Part shown: piece after piece, positions 52,457 through 62,070 of the stretch
Numbering within the stretch: position 1 is the first letter of the stretch
How the letters are laid out: every line of letters starts with the position of its first letter
The notes under the pieces: model-generated
Told to the model about the DNA's origin: nothing
Seen by the model: only the letters and a program-made list of their open reading frames with translations
The model's database searches: none
NCBI GenBank assembly: GCA_051294905.1
Contig: CM119371.1
Coordinates: 35,466,001 to 35,530,000 of the forward strand
Reading direction: 5' to 3'
DNA length: 64,000 nt
From: Botryllus schlosseri
Lineage: Eukaryota
Position numbers and translations under genes: made by a program

Positions 52457-53950
52457 ATGGAGGGTATAACCTCTAATCTCAAACGTAGAATGGAAGATCC
52501 AGATAGCGACGAGGGAGCTGTTGGATCTTGCGGGAATACCAAGATTCCTGCGAGGAAATTCGCGATCGTAGATAATCCCAACGCTACGACGACTTCTCAG
52601 CCATCGTCTAGCCAAAACTTAGATAGCTCTTCACCGAGCATTATCCCCAGTGCATCATTGGCCACTCCGGTGTCAAGTGGGGGATCCGCATTCGTGACGG
52701 ATCCCGTCAATAGTATGACCGTTATAATTTCGGGCAGAGATAGGGTGATGACACGATATCACCCTGTGAAAGTTAACAGAGCTCTATACGCTATCATCGA
52801 CAGCTATGCTGGTATCAAGCCACTCCCTTCGGGAGATCTTCTACTTACGTGTCATAACCACAAGCAAGTGACTAAAATGTTAGAATGCGTTTCATTAAGT
52901 GACACGACCACAAATACTAAAATTGCTATCTCAGTTACACCTCACACCGCACAGAAGCCATACGCCAGTCGCGCAGTCATCAAAGGGGTACCCTTAGAAA
53001 TACCGGAGAGTGAGTTGTTAGAAGACCTGGCTGCCAGTAGTGTGTCACACCTCAAACGCCTGAAACGGAGGGCAGAGAAAGGGTTTGAGCCAAGCCTGTC
53101 CGTCTTGCTATACTTTAGTTCAACAGAAGTACCCAACTACGTCACGTTCGGTTACCTTCGCTTCCGCACGAACACTTACAACCCACCACCAACTCGCTGC
53201 TTCAGATGTAACAAATTCGGACATACCTCTAAATCTTGCCGCGGAAAACCGAGCTGCACAAAATGTGGCGCCATGGACCATGCATACAATGACTGCCAAA
53301 ATAACAGAAAATGCATCAATTGCAATGAAAATCATAGTGCCGCTTATGGTGGGTGCCCCGTCTATAAAGAAGAGGCAAAAATCCAAATCGTCAAAGAGAG
53401 GGAAAACCTCTCCTTCCCCGAGGCGAGGCATCAAGTACGTACACAGGATCTCGTATCGGACTCTTCGACAACGCCGCAGGATTCCATTTCTGCTTCGTCA
53501 ACAATGCCAAAAGAGTCCTACGCACATAAAGTCACCGCCAAGAACAAATCTTTGAGAGTCAGAAATCCCCTAAACAGAAATATACCAACCGCGCCATCAC
53601 CCAATGAAGGGGACTTTAGAGAACTACAGAGAAATCAATCAGAACAATCTGCGTTACGTAAACCCACCGCAACACAGACTGATAATACTGCAGGCAACAC
53701 GACAGTTCACCCGAATCAATTAGAACCGATGCAACTGCTGGTGATGGTAGCAGAAATCGTCCAGGTTACGATTACAGCTTGCCAAACTGGCAACGGAAAC
53801 ATATTTAACATCGTCGCAGAAGCGTTTGGAAAGTACTTTGGACAGCATATCGACTCGACCTTGTTGCAGAAAATGTCGAAAAACGCAAACAATCAGAATT
53901 CGGAGGCACGAAAGGAAGCCACGGTCCCACAAAATCGCAATGGACAATAA
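52457..53950 (+). CDS. ORF1: gag-like nucleic-acid-binding protein of a non-LTR retrotransposon (497 aa from the ATG)
   Basis: Three zinc knuckles: CFRCNKFGHTSKSC, CTKCGAMDHAYNDC and CINCNENHSAAYGGC. They follow an RRM-like segment (RAVIKGVPLEIPESELLEDL) and are flanked by low-complexity S/T/P/Q regions. The ATG at 52457 is in a good Kozak context (GTGATGG); the track start at 52454 is a GTG. Confidence 0.93.
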   Translation: MEGITSNLKRRMEDPDSDEGAVGSCGNTKIPARKFAIVDNPNATTTSQPSSSQNLDSSSPSIIPSASLATPVSSGGSAFVTDPVNSMTVIISGRDRVMTRYHPVKVNRALYAIIDSYAGIKPLPSGDLLLTCHNHKQVTKMLECVSLSDTTTNTKIAISVTPHTAQKPYASRAVIKGVPLEIPESELLEDLAASSVSHLKRLKRRAEKGFEPSLSVLLYFSSTEVPNYVTFGYLRFRTNTYNPPPTRCFRCNKFGHTSKSCRGKPSCTKCGAMDHAYNDCQNNRKCINCNENHSAAYGGCPVYKEEAKIQIVKERENLSFPEARHQVRTQDLVSDSSTTPQDSISASSTMPKESYAHKVTAKNKSLRVRNPLNRNIPTAPSPNEGDFRELQRNQSEQSALRKPTATQTDNTAGNTTVHPNQLEPMQLLVMVAEIVQVTITACQTGNGNIFNIVAEAFGKYFGQHIDSTLLQKMSKNANNQNSEARKEATVPQNRNGQ

Positions 53951-56900
53951 AACGCTAACCATATTACAATGGAATTGCCGTAGTATATATAAAAAATTGC
54001 CGGAGTTCAAGCATTTTCTTTCGACCCTAGATCACAAACCAGATGTTATTCTTTTGCAAGAGACTCACCTAATCGACAAATATACTCCGAAATTACGGGG
54101 CTATCGGCTTTTCCGACGCGACAAGACGGTTCACAAGGGTGGTCTGGCAGCTTTCGTTGCAGAATCTCTGAGTTGTAGCGAGGACGTTTCCGTGGCGTCG
54201 AATTGCTTCGAGTTGATGTGCCTGAGACTTGCCGACATAACTATATGCAACGTCTATATACCTCCCGATTACACTTTGAGCCAAGACGACCTCTCTTTCC
54301 TGTCATCTTTAGAGTCGCGGTCACTCATTTGTGGTGACTTTAATGCTCACCATTGGGCATGGAGCCATCGCTCAAACCAACGGGGTAACCGACTTTATGA
54401 TTATATTGACAGGCATAACTTCGTTTTGCTCAACAATTCGCAACCTACGAGAATCAACCTGTCCGCAGATGCCATACATCGCTCATCCCTGATTGATTTA
54501 ACCCTTGCGTCACCAGACATTGCGGCTTGTTGTCACACCAGCGTTTCAGGTCACCTCATTGGCAGCGATCACTTTTTAGTGTCCACGACATTTCACTGCA
54601 ATGTGGCACGTTCGCAAAAAATACCAAGATGGTGTTTGAAAAAAGCCAACTGGCTGGATTTCTCGCAGAACGTGGACCGTGCCCTCAGCAGCCCAATGCC
54701 GGAAAATGTACAGCAACTCAATACTGCTCTCACAAATATCATAGTCAATTCCGCCAAAATCACAATTCCCCGGACGCGAAACACCAACAAGATCCCTGTG
54801 CCTTGGTGGAATAAGGACTGTGAAAGGGCCGTTCGACGCAAGAAAGCTGCATTCTTGAAAATGAAAAGATCTTTCAATTACCGTGACGTGATCTGCTTTA
54901 GGCGACTGCGGTCGGAATGCCGCAAAACCATTCTGACTGCAAAGAGGTCGTGCTGGGAAGAGTTTTGCGATTCTATTAACCGAAAAACGGACTTCCGCAA
55001 GGTGTGGAAAATTGTGGCATCGATGTCCAGGGCCTCCGCACCTCGCTCAATACCAATACTCAATGTCAACAACACTACATTGAAGACCGATCGACGCAAA
55101 ACCGAAGCCCTCTCGGTGGCCTTCTGTAAAGTCAGTAGTAACGCGAATTACCCAGTGACCTTCATGCAATATAGAAATGAAATCGAAAGAATTCAAATGC
55201 CCACCGCAAATTCAAATCGTATTGGAGGTGAATTGAACATACCCTTCAGTATGTCAGAGTTGGAATGCGCAATACGCTCCCGGAAAGACACGTCTCCAGG
55301 GGGCGATTCAATCTGTTATGCAATGTTGAAACACCTTTCCGGCAACTCGCTGCAGCATCTACTACGCCTCTTCAATGAATCCTGGGTCAGCGGAGAAATT
55401 CCCTCCGACTGGAAGCATTCTATTGTAATCCCGATTTTCAAGCAAGGCAAAGATGGCACCGATCCCAAGTCATATCGACCAATTTCTCTTACGAGTCATC
55501 TCTGCAAAGTGATGGAGGTTATGGTCGCAAACAGAATACGCTGGCACTTGGAGGCCCACAATTTGCTACATCCCTCTCAGTCAGGCTTCCGAAAGGGGAG
55601 GTGTACTCTAGACCACGCCATACGACTCCATGACTCGATATACAAGGCTATCAATAACCAACGGTCAACGATAGCCGTATTTCTCGATATAGAACGCGCT
55701 TACGACATGGTTTGGCGAAAAGGTTTACTATTGAAGCTATCTCGGCTTGGTATTGGTGAGAAAGCACTCTGCTGGATCCAGAATTTCCTTACAAATCGAA
55801 CCTACCAAGTGCGTGTCGGAAATACGCTGTCCGATGTAAACAGCCTCGATAACGGAATCCCCCAAGGAAGCGTTTTGAGTCCGTTGCTTTTCACCGTGAT
55901 GTTGAACGATGTGCCCCTAGATGTTCGAAGCAGCGTTGGCATTTACGCGGATGACTGTGCCATATGGGAGAGCGGTCTTGGTATACCCACGATCGTTTCA
56001 TCAATTCAGAGGTCTCTTGACTCGGTGCAGGAATGGTGTAGTAAATGGGGATTCGTTCTCTCAAAAACGAAGTCTGTAGCAATGCTCTTCACTAGGAAAA
56101 GAAAGATTCCCGATGTGCACTTGCACATTGACGGAAATCGCATCAACCTCGTTGACAACTTCAAGTATCTTGGTATTACTTTTGATAAGTTGTTGACGTA
56201 CAAAACACATATTGACAACGTCGCGAAAAAATGCTCCAGACGAATGGGATTACTTCGTGTCGTCACACACACCGCATGGGGTGCTAATAAACACGCACTT
56301 CTACAGTTATACAGATCTCTTATCAGATCCGTCATCGACTATGGTATGCCAGCATACTTTTTCACATCGAAATATAACACTCACAAATTAGGGCTAATAC
56401 AGAACCAAGCTTTACGCTTGTGTTGCGGAGCAATGCGGAGTACACCCATATGTGCTTTGCAAGCCGCCTGTAACGAACCTCCTCTCCACATTCGACACAA
56501 ATATTTGTGTATGAATTATCGGTGCCACTTGCTTGGTCAGGAATACAACCAACACCCATCAACTGAACTACTAACTGATTCATGGCATGAAATTTACTCC
56601 TTGATAAGACCGAACTTCAAGACGTTCAATACCCTGTCAAAATCCCCTATTCTGGAACGGTTAATGGTGGAAAAAGAACGAATTCAGTTCGTGGCACCCT
56701 GGACAGTTCCACTTCCCACGGTCGACAGATCATTAACTCGGCTTATACGAAAGGGGGACTCGCCAATCTCAGTGAACTCGTGTTTCAGAGATTACCTTTT
56801 CGAGTGCCACGACCAAGCCGTCGAGATCTACACAGACGGTTCAAAGACGGATACAGCAACGGCTTTCGCGATTTACATACCATCACAGTCAGTCCGACTT

Positions 56901-57668
56901 AGCCAGATCTGCCCGAGTTTATTTTCCGTTTTTCAAGTGGAGATGCTAGCTATCGCTAATGCTCTATCGTGGATAATCCATCATGGCAGTCGAACCGATA
57001 AATATGTTATTCTGACAGATTGTCTTAGTGTTCTGAACACAATCGCCACCCCGAACCGCACACCGAGCAGAACGTTCAATAAGATTTTTCCTCTCTTCCT
57101 GCAGATTGTAGGGATGGGGATCGACGTTGCCTTCTCCTGGGTTCCAGGACATAGTGGCATTCCCGGCAATGAGGTTGCAGATGAACTTGCACGTTCCACC
57201 GCCTCTTTCGCATTTGACAGTCAGGGAATACCTCAAATTACCTATAGAGATGTCAAGAACGAAGTACGAAAATACGTCCGGACTGAGTGGCAGACCGAGT
57301 ACCGTTCAACAGAGACGGGAAACCACTACAAACGTTTCCACCGAACGGTACGAACAACGTTTCCCTCGATGCACAGATCGCGTTTGTATGAAACGATAAT
57401 ATTCCGTCTCCGGTCCGGCCATTGTCGCCTAAAGGGGCATTTATTTAAAATAGGCTGCATCGACACGCCTTTGTGTGACTTATGCCACGTACCCGAGAAT
57501 GTAGATCACTTCCTCCTCGCATGCTCAAAATACGATTGGCACCGAGCATATTTAATTGATTTCTGCTTGAACTTGAAAGTTGAGTTGACCACATATAACC
57601 TTCTCGTACGACCAGAACTTCTCTCGCCTCTCGTCGAGTTCGTCCTGGCAAGCAATGTTTTGATTTGA
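53940..57668 (+). CDS. ORF2: APE endonuclease / reverse transcriptase / RNase H / CCHC polyprotein (1242 aa from the ATG)
   Basis: APE motifs: QWNCRS, LQETH, GDFNAHH, IDLTL, GSDH. RT motifs: YRPISLTS, QSGFR, FLDIERAYD, GIPQGSVLSP, YADD (55944-55955), YLGI. RNase H motifs: IYTDGSK (from 56826), TDCLS, WVPGHSGIPGNEVADELAR. C-terminal CDLCHVPENVDHFLLAC (57474-57524). No stops or frameshifts. The ATG at 53940 (GCAATGG) is preferred to the TTG at 53826 because APE begins immediately after it. Confidence 0.97.
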   Translation: MDNKTLTILQWNCRSIYKKLPEFKHFLSTLDHKPDVILLQETHLIDKYTPKLRGYRLFRRDKTVHKGGLAAFVAESLSCSEDVSVASNCFELMCLRLADITICNVYIPPDYTLSQDDLSFLSSLESRSLICGDFNAHHWAWSHRSNQRGNRLYDYIDRHNFVLLNNSQPTRINLSADAIHRSSLIDLTLASPDIAACCHTSVSGHLIGSDHFLVSTTFHCNVARSQKIPRWCLKKANWLDFSQNVDRALSSPMPENVQQLNTALTNIIVNSAKITIPRTRNTNKIPVPWWNKDCERAVRRKKAAFLKMKRSFNYRDVICFRRLRSECRKTILTAKRSCWEEFCDSINRKTDFRKVWKIVASMSRASAPRSIPILNVNNTTLKTDRRKTEALSVAFCKVSSNANYPVTFMQYRNEIERIQMPTANSNRIGGELNIPFSMSELECAIRSRKDTSPGGDSICYAMLKHLSGNSLQHLLRLFNESWVSGEIPSDWKHSIVIPIFKQGKDGTDPKSYRPISLTSHLCKVMEVMVANRIRWHLEAHNLLHPSQSGFRKGRCTLDHAIRLHDSIYKAINNQRSTIAVFLDIERAYDMVWRKGLLLKLSRLGIGEKALCWIQNFLTNRTYQVRVGNTLSDVNSLDNGIPQGSVLSPLLFTVMLNDVPLDVRSSVGIYADDCAIWESGLGIPTIVSSIQRSLDSVQEWCSKWGFVLSKTKSVAMLFTRKRKIPDVHLHIDGNRINLVDNFKYLGITFDKLLTYKTHIDNVAKKCSRRMGLLRVVTHTAWGANKHALLQLYRSLIRSVIDYGMPAYFFTSKYNTHKLGLIQNQALRLCCGAMRSTPICALQAACNEPPLHIRHKYLCMNYRCHLLGQEYNQHPSTELLTDSWHEIYSLIRPNFKTFNTLSKSPILERLMVEKERIQFVAPWTVPLPTVDRSLTRLIRKGDSPISVNSCFRDYLFECHDQAVEIYTDGSKTDTATAFAIYIPSQSVRLSQICPSLFSVFQVEMLAIANALSWIIHHGSRTDKYVILTDCLSVLNTIATPNRTPSRTFNKIFPLFLQIVGMGIDVAFSWVPGHSGIPGNEVADELARSTASFAFDSQGIPQITYRDVKNEVRKYVRTEWQTEYRSTETGNHYKRFHRTVRTTFPSMHRSRLYETIIFRLRSGHCRLKGHLFKIGCIDTPLCDLCHVPENVDHFLLACSKYDWHRAYLIDFCLNLKVELTTYNLLVRPELLSPLVEFVLASNVLI

Positions 57669-57796
57669 ACAAATTTTCGTTAAGGTACACACACGACTTG
57701 CGAAGGTACACGACTTGCAACTGGTAATACAACATTTCTGTCGTGGCGCACCAGACCGATAAGGTGACAAGCGCCACAATGTCCCATTTTCAAAAT
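57669..57796 (+). other. 3' UTR of the retrotransposon, with a short tandem duplication and a stem-loop
   Basis: Lies between the ORF2 stop (TGA ending 57668) and the TAA tail. Contains the inverted repeat GTGGCGC (57743-57749) / GCGCCAC (57771-57777). Confidence 0.85.
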
Positions 57797-57814
57797 TAAT
57801 AATAATAATAATAA
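57797..57814 (+). repeat. (TAA)6 3' tail
   Basis: Six TAA units between CAAAAT and the TSD. A tandem TAA tail instead of poly(A) is characteristic of I-factor-like elements. Confidence 0.93.
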
Positions 57815-57827
57815 TACACGTATAGCT
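57815..57827 (+). repeat. Target-site duplication, right copy (TACACGTATAGCT)
   Basis: Follows (TAA)6 and is identical to 52247-52259. Confidence 0.95.
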
Positions 57828-58710
57828 CTCGGATTAAAGACGCCGATATTTCTATCTTAGACAAGTGCTCCACTTTTAATCACGTTCAGGAGTCGAGGCT
57901 TGTCCCAAAGCATAATCGAACCGAGTTTTAGCCAATTCTAATGTCTAGTTCAAGTCTAATTTCATCTCTACTTTTCAGAGAAATTGCACGAGTATCATCA
58001 CCTGGCCAACGTCTTTCGCAAAATTACACGTATAGCTCTCGGATTAAAGACGCCAATATTTCTTTCTTAGACAGGTGCTCCACTTTTAACCACGTTCAGG
58101 AGTCGAGGCTTGTCCCAAAGCATACTCGAACCGAATTTCAGCCAATTCTACCGTCTAGTTCGAGTCGAATCTCATCTCTACTTTTCAGAGAAATAGCGCG
58201 AGTATCATCACCTGGCCAACGTCTTTCGCAAAATTACACGTATAGCTCTCGGATTAAAGACGCCGATATTTCTATCTTAGCCAAGTGCTCCACTTTTAAT
58301 CACGTTCACGAGTCAAGGCTTGTCCCAAAGCATAATCGAACCGAGTTTTAGCCAATTCTACCGTCTAGTTCGAGTCGAATTTCATCTCTACTTTTCAGAG
58401 AAATTGCACGAGTATCATCACCTGGCCAACGTCTTTCGCAAAATTACACGTATAGCTTTCGGATTAAAGACGCCGATATTTCTATCTTAGACAAGTGCTC
58501 CACTTTTAATCACGTTCAGGAGTCGAGGCTTGTCCCAAAGCATAATCGAACCGAGTTTTACCCAATTCTACCGTCTAGTTCGAGTCGAATTTCATCTCTA
58601 CTTTTCAGAGAAATTGCACGAGTATCATCACCTGGCCAACGTCTTTCGCAAAATTACACGTATAGCTCTCGGATTAAAGACGCCGATATTTCTATCTTAG
58701 ACAAGTGCTC

Positions 58711-61700
58711 TACTTTAAACCACGTTCAGGAGTCGAGGCTTGTCCCAAAGCATAATCGAACCTAATTTAAGCCAATTCTACCGTCTAGTTCGAGTCGAAT
58801 ATCATCTCTACTTTTCAGAGAAATAGCGCGAGTATCATCACCTGGCTAACGTCTTTCGCAAAATTACACGTATAGCTCTCGGATTAAAGACGCCGACATT
58901 TCTATCTTAGACAAGTGCTCCACTTTTAACCACGTTCAGGATTCGAGGCTTGTCCCAAAGCATAATCGAACCGAATTTCAGCCAATTCTACCGTCTAGTT
59001 CGAGTCGAATCTCATCTCTACTTTTCAGAGAAATTGCACGAGTATCATCACCTGGCCAACGTTTTTCGCAAAATTACACGTATAGCTCTCGGATTAAAGA
59101 CGCCGATATTTCTATCTTAGACAAGTGCTCCACTTTTAATCACGTTCAGGAGTCGAGGCTTGTCCCAAAGCATAATCGAACCGAGTTTTAGCCAATTCTA
59201 CCGTCTAGTTCGAGTCGAATTTCATCTCTACTTTTCAGAGAAATTGCACGAGTATCATCACCTGGCCAACGTCTTTCGCAAAATTACACGTATAGCTCTC
59301 GGATTAAAGACGCCGATATTTCTATCTTAGACAAGTGCTACACTTTTAATCACGTTCAGGAGTCGAGGCTTGTCACAAAGCATAATCGAACCGAGTTTTA
59401 GCCAATTCTACCGTCTAGTTCGAGTCTAATTTCATCTCTACTTTTCAGAGAAATTGCACGAGTATCATCACCTGGCCAACGTCTTTCGCAAAATTACACG
59501 TATAGCTCTCGGATTAAAGACGCCGATATTTCTATCTTAGACAAGTGCTCCATATTTAATCACGTTCAGGAGTCGAGGCTTGTCCCAAAGCATATTCGAA
59601 CCGAGTTTTAGCCAATTCTACCGTCTAGTTCGAGTCTAATTTCATCTCTACTTTTCAGAGAAATTGCACGAGTATCATCACCTGGCCAACGTCTTTCGCA
59701 AAATTACACGTATAGCTCTCGGATTAAAGACGCCGATATTTCTATCTTAGACAAGTGCTCCACTTTTAACCACGTTCAGGAGTCGAGGCTTGTCCCAAAG
59801 CATAATCGAACCGAATTTCAGCCAATTCTACCGTCTAGTTCGAGTCGAATCTCATCTCTACTTTTCAGAGAAATAGCGCGAGTATCATCACCTGGCCAAC
59901 GTCTTTCGCAAAATTACACGTATAGCTCTCGGATTAAAGACGCCGATATTTCTATCTTAGCCAAGTGCTCCACTTTTAATCACGTTCATGAGTCGAGGCT
60001 TGTCCCAAAGCATAATCGAACCGAGTTTTAGCCAATTCTACCGTCTAGTTCGAGTCGAATTTCATCTCTACTTTTCAGAGAAATTGCATGAGTATCATCA
60101 CATGGCCAACGTCTTTCGCAAAATTACACGTATAGCTTTCGGATTAAAGACGCCGATATTTCTATCTTAGACAAGTGCTCCACTTTTAATCACGTTCAGG
60201 AGTCGAGGCTTGTACCAAAGCATAATCGAACCGAGTTTTAGCCAATTCTACCGTCTAGTTCGAGTCGAATTTCATCTCTACTTTTCAGAGAAATTGCACG
60301 AGTATCATCACCTGGCCAACGTCTTTCGCAAAATTACACGTATAGCTCTCGGATTAAAGACGCCGATATTTCTATCTTAGACAAGTGCTCCACTTTAAAC
60401 CACGTTCAGGAGTCGAGGCTTGTCCCAAAGCATAATCGAACCTAATTTAAGCCAATTCTACCGTCTAGTTCGAGTCGAATATCATCTCTACTTTTCAGAG
60501 AAATAGCGCGAGTATCATCACCTGGCTAACGTCTTTCGCAAAATTACACGTATAGCTCTCGGATTAAAGACGCCGACATTTCTATCTTAGACAAGTGCTC
60601 CACTTTTAACCACGTTCAGGATTCGAGGCTTGTCCCAAAGCATAATCGAACCGAATTTCAGCCAATTCTACCGTCTAGTTCGAGTCGAATCTCATCTCTA
60701 CTTTTCAGAGAAATTGCACGAGTATCATCACCTGGCCAACGTTTTTCGCAAAATTACACGTATAGCTCTCGGATTAAAGACGCCGATATTTCTATCTTAG
60801 ACAAGTGCTCCACTTTTAATCACGTTCAGGAGTCGAGGCTTGTCCCAAAGCATAATCGAACCGAGTTTTAGCCAATTCTACCGTCTAGTTCGAGTCGAAT
60901 TTCATCTCTACTTTTCAGAGAAATTGCACGAGTATCATCACCTGGCCAACGTCTTTCGCAAAATTACACGTATAGCTCTCGGATTAAAGACGCCGATATT
61001 TCTATCTTAGACAAGTGCTACACTTTTAATCACGTTCAGGAGTCGAGGCTTGTCACAAAGCATAATCGAACCGAGTTTTAGCCAATTCTACCGTCTAGTT
61101 CGAGTCTAATTTCATCTCTACTTTTCAGAGAAATTGCACGAGTATCATCACCTGGCCAACGTCTTTCGCAAAATTACACGTATAGCTCTCGGATTAAAGA
61201 CGCCGATATTTCTATCTTAGACAAGTGCTCCATATTTAATCACGTTCAGGAGTCGAGGCTTGTCCCAAAGCATATTCGAACCGAGTTTTAGCCAATTCTA
61301 CCGTCTAGTTCGAGTCTAATTTCATCTCTACTTTTCAGAGAAATTGCACGAGTATCATCACCTGGCCAACGTCTTTCGCAAAATTACACGTATAGCTCTC
61401 GGATTAAAGACGCCGATATTTCTATCTTAGACAAGTGCTCCACTTTTAACCACGTTCAGGAGTCGAGGCTTGTCCCAAAGCATAATCGAACCGAATTTCA
61501 GCCAATTCTACCGTCTAGTTCGAGTCGAATCTCATCTCTACTTTTCAGAGAAATAGCGCGAGTATCATCACCTGGCCAACGTCTTTCGCAAAATTACACG
61601 TATAGCTCTCGGATTAAAGACGCCGATATTTCTATCTTAGCCAAGTGCTCCACTTTTAATCACGTTCATGAGTCGAGGCTTGTCCCAAAGCATAATCGAA

Positions 61701-62070
61701 CCGAGTTTTAGCCAATTCTACCGTCTAGTTCGAGTCGAATTTCATCTCTACTTTTCAGAGAAATTGCATGAGTATCATCACATGGCCAACGTCTTTCGCA
61801 AAATTACACGTATAGCTTTCGGATTAAAGACGCCGATATTTCTATCTTAGACAAGTGCTCCACTTTTAATCACGTTCAGGAGTCGAGGCTTGTACCAAAG
61901 CATAATCGAACCGAGTTTTAGCCAATTCTACCGTCTAGTTCGAGTCGAATTTCATCTCTACTTTTCAGAGAAATTGCACGAGTATCATCACCTGGCCAAC
62001 GTCTTTCGCAAAATTACACGTATAGCTCTCGGATTAAAGACGCCGATATTTCTATCTTAGACAAGTGCTC
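58711..62070. repeat. 8-monomer (1680 bp) tandem duplication; boundaries approximate
   Basis: actttaaac 58712/60392; catatttaat 59551/61231; cacgttcatg 59981/61661; tgtaccaaag 60211/61891. Confidence 0.88.

Larger units (their letters stand above)
52260..57814 (+). mobile_element. Apparently full-length non-LTR retrotransposon (LINE), I group with RNase H (I/Nimb-like), 5555 bp
   Basis: Unique sequence bounded by a 13-bp direct repeat of satellite sequence. It has a 5' UTR, a gag-like ORF1, an APE-RT-RNase H-CCHC ORF2, a short 3' UTR and a (TAA)n tail. The domain order and TAA tail match the Drosophila I factor architecture. The exact clade needs an RT phylogeny. Confidence 0.96.

Noticed and set aside
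53826..53939. 38-aa N-terminal extension of ORF2 from the TTG start in the ORF track
   Set aside because: It uses a non-ATG start within ORF1, while the APE domain begins right after the well-contexted ATG at 53940.
52337..57779. Antisense and alternate-frame ORFs inside the LINE
   Set aside because: These are shadows of ORF1/ORF2 with no recognisable motifs.
52260..57814. LTR retrotransposon, group II intron, retron or other prokaryotic RT system
   Set aside because: There are no LTRs, protease or integrase. APE plus a TAA tail plus a TSD identify a TPRT non-LTR element.
9120..61850. Short ORFs in the satellite (e.g. 9120, 12220, 35740, 49600, 51911, 57941, 59988, 61668)
   Set aside because: The monomer length is a multiple of 3 and two + frames have only one TAG per monomer, so single SNPs or indels create 60-136 aa ORFs. 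Most start at TTG, show no recognisable domain, and the stops persist in most monomers.
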